From NCBI RefSeq assembly GCF_006345805.1, contig NC_043006.1:47058001-47122000 (forward strand): a DNA stretch of 64,000 bases, in the 5' to 3' direction. Below, one piece after another: positions 54,205 to 64,000 of the stretch. Below the pieces are notes generated by a model. It searched no databases. It had not been told where the DNA came from and was given only the letters and a program-made list of their open reading frames with translations. The DNA comes from Octopus sinensis (Eukaryota). Positions within the stretch are counted from its first letter, which is position 1, and every line of letters begins with the position of its first letter. A program made the position numbers and the translations under genes.

Positions 54205-54700
54205 ATAAATGCTCATGGACAGAAAAATAAAATGCCCATTGATGAACCTCTGTATGAGTAACAATCTTGTTTGTAAAGGCACCGTACACACAAAGGGAGG
54301 ACCGTGCACTTATATTGGAGCAACGACTGATTCGTGGCATTCGACATCTTTGGCTGATTTTGTGTGGCAACTTAAAGAGAATTGGATTAAATATGATATA
54401 ACTTTATCCATAAGACACGCAGGAGTGTCTCTGAGTAATCCCTGCTTATTTTGTGGACCAAGAAGAAGTTCATAAATAGAATTTCTGAAAGACTGTAAAG
54501 ATACTTCTACGCTAATAAATGTAATTTCTCACGATGTAGTGGGAATTAATTTGAATAATCGTTACCCAAATTAATAACCATAAATTACCTTAAATACCTA
54601 AACGTAAATACGTGAAACCACGTGTGTGCTTATGGGTATGTCTTCGTGTAAGCTTCTACGAGCGAGTGTATCTGCGACATACAGCGTAAGAGGGGTAGTT
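54205..54700 (+). mobile_element. PLE GIY-YIG endonuclease fragment and downstream pLTR remnant
   Basis: ORF 54209..54475: KCPLMNLC..NLVCKGTV..TYIGAT..STSLADFVWQLKE..YDITLSI (cf. CPLxGxC..VVY..YIGxT..TxLSxYIWxLK). Begins at a (TA)n tract; very degenerate HHR-like trace at about 54653-54692. Confidence 0.75.
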
Positions 54701-55206
54701 TATACATAAATATCTACTAAGAGTTATACTTTTTTCGCTGTATAGTGTATTTGCTTCTTTGTGGATCAGAGACGTTATGTTAACGAGATACATCATGTAA
54801 TCACTTGTGGAGCCATATCAAAACCGACGGATACTCATAAACCAGTTGTTAAGTATTCTGCGTGTGAGGGATCGATTCTAGGTGGGCTGAAACATTTGTA
54901 GTGAACAATAAATATTCTCGTATCTTCCATCTTCCGTCTATGGACTGAAATTTTAAAAAAATGAAAGGAAGTTGTATATGTATATGTATATATATAAATA
55001 TATATATATATATATCGTGTTGAGTGATAAAACAGAAATATTCTGATGTCTGACTTGTGTGGTCTTATACTGTATTCAGCAATGGAAGCTTTATCTATTA
55101 ACTCAGTCACTAATCTATTAACAGATTGATGGTAACTTTATATAGTTTGGAATATGGTTGCATAGAGTAAATAACACATACGTACATTACATTTTCAGTG
55201 AATAAC

Positions 55207-55248
<42 letters not shown>

Positions 55249-56699
55249 TGTGTGTGTGTGTACATGTGCTTGTGTTTGTGTGTGCATGCGTGTGTGTATA
55301 TATGTGTGTCTGTATGATTGAGTGCTTGTGTGTGCAATTATGTATACATATTGAAGCCTATTACTGATGGTTACTGCGATGTTTCGACGTTAAAATAGTC
55401 TCAAAGTAATCTTAATGTATCAATTACACAATCCTATAAAACAGACAGACAGAGAGGCAGTGAGGTAGACAGTCGTGTAGACATGCAGAAAGTCAGATCC
55501 CCATGGCCACTCCGAAGGGGAAATAGACTGGTTTCGGTCTCTGTCAAATATCCATTTACGTCTCGGTCGTTTTTGGGTTCCTAGACATATACTAGCTGAT
55601 CTCGCCTTTTATACACACTGCAGTACAAACGACAATCTTTAGCCTATATAATGCCTGTACGTCTATCCAAGGTTTATAAAAATGCTCCTAATTTCTCCAG
55701 TTTAGATGAGGCATTCATTGCCGTTGTGTAAATAAGATATACTGCTGTACTCACTTCTCTCCTATCTCAGAGAATGATATCAGACATACTTTATGTGTAC
55801 CGTATTGCTATTTTTATTGCAATGTCATACCTATATTCCTCACTTTTAAAGCTGTAGTTATATTTTGTTTTAGTGTGTCTTTGTTAAGCCTATCACAATA
55901 ATCCTCCTTCAATGTTGCACTTCTAGATGGTTTTAACAACAATGTTGTGCCGCAAGTGAAGGTTCGACTTTAGGGGGCATGGTGATTGTGCGTGAGGTAT
56001 CTACCATTTCGAAAGAATCAACATTCGTTTTGTGTCAAAATGTTCAGTCCTAGAGCTTTTCTTACCTTTGTTAAATCTAAGGCATTGCTTTGCAAGGAAT
56101 CTAGAGCAGGTGATGAGGACATAGTTAATACCTACATCATGGCATAATCGACATTAATTGTTTTTTTGCAGTGGCGATGGTGACGCGGTTGGGGTAAACT
56201 TTGATTCTTTATTTCGCTTATGAAGTATTTCGTAACTATCTCCGTTCCAGAATAGCAAAGTCTCAGCTTTCTACACCGGGATATAACGTATCTACCAAGG
56301 TGTAGCAGAGCCTGCATTTCATGATGTGTATGTGCATATGTATGTATAAAAATTCGGGATAGGAGCAAAAATCAGATAAGAAGTGGCCTACAGGAATCCT
56401 TAAAGATATATTCAAGTCCCTGTCCCAAAATTGAAAGATAATTCACTCGAAATTAATGCATTTGCTTTTCAAAATAGTTTGAGAGAGACGTAGTGTAAAA
56501 CACATATATGTAACACAAATAATACGAATAAATAAATATACCACACGTATCAATCACAAGTGTATTGTGTATGTATGTAGATATGCTTGGTAGAGTATAC
56601 CATGGCTTTGGTGCAGACGCGTATATATTCGAGAGCTGGCAAAGGCACCAGCCCGGGTCTCTCATCACTCGCCAAATCATATACATTGAAATGCTGCAT

Positions 56700-56849
56700 A
56701 ATTCCTGGAGGAAAAGAAAGCTGCAATGTCACTCAAGCGAAATTTATTTTCAGTAAACTAGAATGGATCCAAAGAAAATTAAGTCTCCTGCTCAAGAACA
56801 CGCCTTGTCGTCAAGTCCATGAATCGAAATCATGACCTTGCGGTCGTGT

Positions 56850-56850
<1 letters not shown>
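56700..56850 (-). mobile_element. Decayed SINE family D head/CORE
   Basis: ctgctcaagaacac..gaatcgaaatcatgaccttgcggtcgtg. Confidence 0.55.
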
Positions 56851-56896
<46 letters not shown>

Positions 56897-57450
56897 TAAC
56901 AATCGTTTTTTATTTGGTATATCTTCATTTGTCTCGCTCATTTTTACATTTTGGCGTTTTGCTGAGATTTCTCTTGAGAATACATACTTCGTGGTAATGG
57001 CGATTTGACGTCTATGTTTAGCATATTAGGTGTCCACTTTAGTGGTCATTCCTCTTAATTTTGTATATATATACATACTTACATACACACATATATACGT
57101 TGTATGTATGTATGTATGTATGTATTTATGCATGTATGTTTCAGCAGTTCCAACACAGAATATTATCATGTTATCATTTCACCTTTTCATGACAGCCATA
57201 AGTAAATATTGTAGTAAGTAGGGACGTGAAATTAGGCATGTTTCAGTTTGAACGATATCGGTGACACTGATATAATGATGGGCTTGTATGTAAAAATTTG
57301 TTGTTTTTGTATTCGCTTGTTTTGTCACTTTTATTGTTTTTCTTGTACTGCGCTTTTGTTAGAAACTGTCTGGGATCTTGATGTGTGAGGATCTGAGAAC
57401 GAAATAGAGATATATTCGCGCACACACATATACATACATAGATACATAGA

Positions 57451-57525
<75 letters not shown>

Positions 57526-57536
57526 TATATATATAT

Positions 57537-57606
<70 letters not shown>

Positions 57607-58318
57607 TATATAATATATCCACGCGCACGCAGTTACAAGCACACATATGTTCCCAGACAAACATTAATTTACAAATCATATACGTAAGTCTATACAGATT
57701 AATGTGTGTATGTCTGTATTGTGTACATGTGTGTGTTTGTGTGTGTGTGTGTGTGAAAGAGATAGATAGAGAGAGAGAGGGGGGGAAGATAGATAGTGGG
57801 GGTTAATGCTTAAAATCTGAGAACAGTCAATATTCCTGTCTTCTATTTGTAGGAGATAACTCTTGGAAGCTTGCGGTGGATATGTGTCTATATTCGTGGA
57901 TGCGCGATTTTAAACTTGTACAGCGACTATTATGGTTGTGTACATGGATACACCCCCCCCCATACACACACAGTCACACAAACACACACACAAACGCAAA
58001 TATATATGCGTGAAAGGATGTGTTAATAATCATCACATCTAGCAGGCCAAGGGATTTCCATTGATTGTGTCCGCTGAAATATATGTAGTTATCTAAGCAA
58101 TCTGTTTATTTATATTTTTATGGTTGCTCACGTGACGTACCTCTCAACATATTTCCTCTCTAGTTTGTTCACTTTTATTTAAGTGTGTGTGTGTGTGTAT
58201 ACAGTGTGTATATATATATACATATATGTATCTATACACACACACACACATATATATATATATATGTAATATACACATATGTAGGTATATATATATATAT
58301 ATGCATACGTATATATAT

Positions 58319-58364
<46 letters not shown>

Positions 58365-58365
<1 letters not shown>

Positions 58366-58707
58366 AAAGGGTAAAGACCCCCTTCGGTCATGAATGACCA
58401 TGGGATTGCACCTAGAAAGTTACTCTCCTAGACACAAGTCTGGGCAAGGTTGTTTTTATGGAAGGCCAGCAGTCGCCCATGCATACCAGCCTCCCCTCTC
58501 CACGCCACCAGTGTTATCCAAGGGAAAGACAAAGGTCGATACAGCTTGGCACCAGTGACGTCGCAACTCATTTCTACAGCTGAGTGAACTGGAGCAACGT
58601 GAAAATAAAGTGCCTTGCTCAAGAACACAACATGCAGCCCGGTCCGGGATTCGAACTCACAACCTCACGATCGTAAGCTCGACGCTCTTACCACTGAGTC
58701 ATGCGCC

Positions 58708-58710
<3 letters not shown>
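58365..58710 (-). mobile_element. SINE family D (tRNA head + CORE-like domain), tail type 2
   Basis: Reverse complement: gaaggcgcatgactcagtggtaagagc..gagttcgaatccc..gttgtgttcttgagcaaggcactttatt..gttgctccagttcactcagctg; inserted in (TA)n. Confidence 0.88.
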
Positions 58711-58743
<33 letters not shown>

Positions 58744-59240
58744 TACATACATATGTATATACATATAATGTCATACATCAATCTAATCCTAAAAGGTTTT
58801 GCGTTAGTAATACTGTGTAAGCTTGCATGTTTCTTTTTTATTTGTTACAACTAATTATCTGTTCCTATCTATATGTATAATATATACGTGAATTCGTACA
58901 GATTGTGTGAATTAATGTCAGCGTTTCTCTGGTGCTTATGTGTATGTATTTTTGAAGTATGGTTAATTCTAGTATGAAGCTTTTCGTGTCATTCTTGTGG
59001 CGTGTGTGGTCCTTATTGTTTACAGTAGCCCGTGTCATATAGCGCAGCTATCATCACACCGTTGTCATCAATATATTTTATTAAACCAGTTGGTCACGTT
59101 TCAGAATTCCAGTCTCTGGTGAAATGAGGTCGAAATTTATAAAGATAGCAGTAAACTGTTTTTAAATCATTGTCATCACCTGTCTGGAGCCCGGAGAACC
59201 CCCATTCCATACACACACACACTCTCTCTTTCTCTCTCTA

Positions 59241-59271
<31 letters not shown>

Positions 59272-59412
59272 CGCACACTCACTTATGCACCCATTTACAT
59301 GCACACACATATTCACTCAGAGGCACATTGACATTCACACGTACACACCCACACATTCATATATATATATATATATGAATGTATGCCCACCCACACACAT
59401 TCACATTGACAC

Positions 59413-59467
59413 GCGCATTAAACGAAGCGTCTAAAACGAAGCGCCTTAAACGAAGCGCATTAAACGA
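59413..59467. repeat. 14-bp tandem repeat x4 (gcgcattaaacgaa)
   Basis: Directly visible. Confidence 0.85.
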
Positions 59468-59587
59468 GTCACACATGGTAAGTGTGAGGCTACATCTACA
59501 CTAATATTTTTGTAAAGAATTGTAGAAATATATGAGTTTAGAATATTTTTCTCAGTAAAATACTGAGAAAAATGTATTGTTTTTACA

Positions 59588-59940
59588 GGTATGGCTGTAT
59601 AATTAACTAACATACTTTATTACAGTGTGGTTTCGGTTTTAGCCTCACTGCACAGTAGAATGGGCAGGTATATCTTGCTATAGTCTCATGCTGATGAATA
59701 TCTTGTGAGGTAATTTTATAGAAATAATCTATATAGAATCACATCATACATATATTTATGTGGGTTTGTGTTTGACATCTGATTTTGATTTGTAACTTAG
59801 CGGCTCAAGAAAAGAGTTTGACAGGCTAAGTACCACATTTTAGAAATATAAGTACCCGGGCTGCATGGTTTCAAGTAAATATTTCAAAGTGGTACTCCAG
59901 CTTGGCCACTGTCTAATAACAGAAACAAGGAAAAGAAAAT
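59588..59940 (+). mobile_element. Old, decayed SINE family B
   Basis: gtaacttagcggctc..aaaagag..taagtac..ggtactccagcttggccactgtc..gaaacaag. Confidence 0.65.
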
Positions 59941-60095
59941 ATGTACTACTTAGTCAGGTTCTTGTATATGACATTGAAGGCCCATATTAACCATAGCTTA
60001 AATTGGCAACGTCATAAATTTCCAGTGAATGAGCATTCATGTACAACATGTAAAATTTCAGCATTCTTTCATAGCACTTATCAGAAATAGAGTAG

Positions 60096-60710
60096 TTTCT
60101 GCCAATTCACAGGCGGCGATCAGGCAGAAACGTTAGCGCACCGGGCGAAATGCTTAGCAGTATTCCGTCTACCGTTACATTCTGAGTTCAAATTCCGCCG
60201 AGGTCGACTTTGCCTTTCATCCTTTCGGGGTCGATTAAATAAGTACCAGTTACATACTGGGGTCGATATAATCGACTTAATTCGTCTGCCTGTCCTTGTT
60301 TGTCCCGTATGTGTTTAGCCCCTTGTGGGTAGTAAAGAAATAGGTATTTCGTCTGCAGCTACGTTCTGAGTTCAAATTCGGCCGAGGTCGACTTTGCCTT
60401 TCATCCTTTCGGGGTCGATTAAATAAGTACCAGTTACGTACTGGGGTAGATATAATCGACTTAATTCGTCTGCCTGTCCTTGTTTGTCCCGTATGTGTTT
60501 AGCCCCTTGTGGGTAGTAAAGAAATAGGTATTTCGTCTGCAGCTACGTTCTGAGTTCAAATTCGGCCGAGGTCGACTTTGCCTTTCATCCTTTCGGGGTC
60601 GATTAAATAAGTACCAGTTACGCACTGGGATTGATGTAATCGACTTAATCGCTTTGTCTGTCCTTGTTTGTCCCCTTTATGTTTAGCTGTCTGTGGGCAA
60701 TAAAGAAGAA
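60096..60710 (+). mobile_element. SINE family A, long-tail subfamily: head + 3 tandem 184-bp bodies, 13-bp TSD
   Basis: Unit starts at 60161, 60345 and 60529; TSD agaaatagagtag at 60083-60095 and 60711-60723. Confidence 0.93.
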
Positions 60711-61129
60711 AGAAATAGAGTAGATTTGTGATGTGTATATATACATTTCTGTAGATATATCCCGCACATTAGGTCACTGATACGTACCTGGTTGTTTGAG
60801 ATTTTGTAGAGGGTTTATTTTAAAAACATTGTCACAAACTTTGTTGGTAATCGTTCATTGTGTTGCATTTTCTATTGAATGAACATACCCTGTAGTAATT
60901 TCGCTTGCGTTTCTAACCATCGTTTCAAACTAGATTCATTCATATTAATAATTTGCATCCTTACTGGAAATGGTGAATTTATAGTGCGTGAAATTAATTA
61001 AACATTTAATGTGTACAATACGCTATAGGTGAAAAAATCGATATGGACACTGACTTTGTCGTAAGAGAGAATGATTGAATGTATGTTTAGTATTGACATA
61101 AGTTAACCTATTTAATATATCTCTCATAT

Positions 61130-61455
61130 GTGAAGGCGCGTGGCTTAGTGGTTAGGGCATTCGGCTCATGATCGTAAGGTTGTGAGTTCGATTCCCGGCG
61201 GCGCGTTGTGTCCTTGAGCAAGACACTTTATTTCACGTTGCTCCAGTCCACTCAGCTGGCAAAAATGAGTTGTACTTGTATTTCAAAGGGTCAGCCTTGT
61301 CACTCTCTGTGTCACGCTGATTATCCCCGAGAACTACGTTAAGGGTACACGTGTCTGTGGAATGCTCAGCCATTTGCACGTTAATTTCACGAGCAAGCTG
61401 TTCCGTTGATCGTATCAGCTGGGACCCTCGTCGTCGTAACCGGCGGAGTCTTTAG
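61130..61455 (+). mobile_element. SINE family D, tail type 1, with 11-bp TSD
   Basis: A-box TGGCTTAGTGG, B-box GAGTTCGATTCCC, CORE-like gttgtgtccttgagcaagacactt; TSD atctctcatat at 61119-61129 and 61456-61466. Confidence 0.9.
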
Positions 61456-61670
61456 ATCTCTCATATACATACAGACAATCCTATGCACACACCCGAAGCA
61501 CACAAAGCACACATGTGTATGTATGTTCTTTTCCTTCTTGTCTTAAGTTCAGAGTAAGTTTTGATCGGCCACATACTTTGTAACAAGGTTGTGAAGGAAA
61601 ACACTCTGTTTTAACCGTCATCATTTAGGTCTGATGAAAGTCTGGCAAAATTGTATAAAGTCCGCGATAT

Positions 61671-61940
61671 CGTACGTACGTACGTACGTACGTACGTACG
61701 TACGTATGTATGTATGTACGTATGTATGTATGTACGTATGTATGTATGTATGTATGTATGTATGTATGTATGTATGTATGTATGTATGTATGTATGTATG
61801 TATGTATGTATGTATGTATGTATGTATGTATGTATGTATGTATGTATGTATGTATGTATGTATGTATGTATGTATGTATGTATGTATGTATGTACGTACG
61901 TACGTACGTACGTACGTATGTACGTATGTACGTATGTATG
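61671..61940. repeat. (TACG)n-(TATG)n-(TACG)n microsatellite
   Basis: Directly visible. Confidence 0.95.
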
Positions 61941-62189
61941 GAAAGAAAACTTTGCAGATCTTTTCCACAGTCTTTCTGTTGTAAACATGGATATCATAAA
62001 TAAAATACCGCAAAGAGAGTACTGCAGCACATGAACAATACACCTTCAGGTGAAGAAGTAAATTTGGCATTACATATATTGAGATCAGATAGAGGTCCTA
62101 GATTGCACGGTAGTCCAGTGGAAATTCTGATAGCAGAGTGGTGGGTTTCATATTTTATCTAAAATACATAGCCTGATCATTCGTGTTTG

Positions 62190-62845
62190 GAATGAAGCTG
62201 CTGTGCCACAGTAATGCATAAATGGCATTGTAATCTGTATGTACTAGGGTAAGGGCCCAAAATCATTTGTCGTAATTCTAGAGGAATAACTCTCCTGGCA
62301 CATACCGGGAAGATACTTTCAAGGTTCATGTTATATTGTCTCGTTGAAAATGTGTGTCCATATGCGATCCAGATGACCAACGTGGTTTCAGAATTGTACA
62401 AGGAACTATGGATATATTTTCTGTGAGGCGCTGTGGATTGGTTTGTGTAAACTTTGTTGCCCAACACATTTTGTACGCATCTTTAAGAAACTACATAGAA
62501 GCACGACGGCTCAGATAGTCTTTAATGCTGATCTTTCACGCGAATTTTTGGTGAACAATAGCGTCAAACAGGGAGATATTCCTGCCCCTGCACTTTTCTC
62601 TATTTTGCTGCATTGCTTTGATATGCCTTCAAGGAAGGCAACAGGAGAATCGGAATCAGGTTTCGGATATCTTGTCGCTATTTTAATCTTAACCCGGTTT
62701 AATTGCAAAGCAAATACTTTCAAAACAATTGTCACAGAATCGCTTTCCGCTGATGATGTTTCGGCACACTCAGTAAAATATATGCAACATATAATGGACA
62801 GCTTTTTCACTGATTTTGTACATTTTGGACTCATAATTAGTCTTA
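62190..62845 (+). mobile_element. Decayed RTE-clade LINE reverse transcriptase fragment
   Basis: NSRGITLLAHTGKILSR, LCCPTHFVRIFKKLH, NSVKQGDIPAPALFSI, ESLSADD and FGLIISL match RTE/BovB-like RT motifs; truncated by (TATG)n at about 62850. Confidence 0.85.
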
Positions 62846-62931
62846 GGGAAGTATGTATGTATGTACGGATGTATGTATGTATGTATGTATGTATGTACGT
62901 ATGTATGTATGTATGTATGTATGTATGTATG

Positions 62932-62962
<31 letters not shown>

Positions 62963-64000
62963 GTTCTGCATTAGTAAGGCAACATGAAATGAAGTATCAC
63001 ACAATACCGTCACAGTTCGAGGAATCGAACGCACGACTTTATGATCACGAGTCAATTACACTAACTACTAAAGTATATGCCTTTACATTTATACGCATGT
63101 GTGAGTTTGTGTGTGTGTACACGCCTGTGCTTGTGGCTTGTGTGATTCTATGAGGGTTGAAGTGTATGGAAATAAAATGCTGGAAGCGCCATTCTATATA
63201 AAAGCATATTTTACGTCTCGAAACAAGCTGTAAAGCAATGATTTCAGAACCAAATTTATTAACTACTTCTACGATAATCTATCTTCTCTGAGTAGAAATA
63301 TTTCTTATTTGATGAAAACTAAGATTCACGACGTCATTCAGTGGTGTCAGATTTTCATAAATAATTAAACACTTAACAAGTTTTCTCAAGACCACACTTT
63401 GTTCTAAGAGAGATCTTGTTATACAGCAGACGTGCTTCATTTTTAATTGACACCACGAACAGCCTTGTTCGCTGAACAACTTGTTATCACATAGAACATT
63501 CCATTGCTTTATATTTATAGGTCATGCCACCCACTTGTCATGAATTTAGAAGATATGCCCAAATACGGCGTAACATTACTGATGCCTTCCAAAATAAATC
63601 AAACTCCTTCATTTGTGTTCGGAATTGTCAGTCTTATTGAAAAGTTGTTAGCATGTGTGAATCTACGATGTTAAATTTTGAAAGATTTATTTGACAGAAA
63701 GGAAAATATACAATCAACAACCGGTTGAAAGAAATGTGTGGATCAACAGGTCAACATCCAAACAATTCCAATTCCTTATAAATAATGAGTATTTCTGGAA
63801 GTCATCCAAAAAGGGTAAATATGGAAAAGATATTTAAATTTCTTCAATAATGTACTAGTAGGTGGTGGTTTCGCACGCAGGAAACAAATTAATTGTAAGA
63901 ATTCTTATTAATTTTAGAGAAGCAAGAAACTTTTAATTGGAAGCTAAGATGTTCGAATGAAGGGAGTGACTATTACGGATCATTCAGTTCGCTAAGCAAT

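Noticed and set aside
60161-60710. CRISPR-like array
   Set aside because: Whole 184-bp units repeat with no unique spacers, in eukaryotic SINE sequence.
62-63479. Most ORF-track entries (poly-YI, CV, HT, LSIY, poly-I/N/L/T/E/K)
   Set aside because: They are translations of di-, tri- and tetranucleotide microsatellites or of SINEs, with no domain content.

Overview
AT-rich eukaryotic DNA saturated with microsatellites. The SINE repertoire and repeat content suggest a cephalopod, probably Octopus (inference). I found no recognisable host protein-coding exon, and almost all ORF-track entries are microsatellite translations. The window is intergenic or intronic and holds: two R4/Dong-type RLE LINE pieces, an RTE RT fragment, Penelope-like element (PLE) RT and GIY-YIG fragments, a Helentron/HINE-like element, a probable Helitron helicase relic and more than 20 tRNA-derived SINE copies from about four modular families. 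The main signal is a set of hammerhead ribozyme (HHR) motifs read by eye. (i) A retrozyme-like ~370-bp terminally redundant monomer with a type I HHR and inverted 5' copies (42983-43550). (ii) A four-copy family combining a tRNA-like Pol III head, an (AAT)n spacer and a minimal HHR tail, inserted with PLE-style inverted tail copies (23.3, 40.0, 45.6 and 46.4 kb). (iii) An HHR with intact core at 21744-21824. (iv) A perfect 332-bp palindrome carrying two mirror-image HHR-like motifs next to a PLE RT. All boundaries are approximate manual readings, and no database search or folding program was run.
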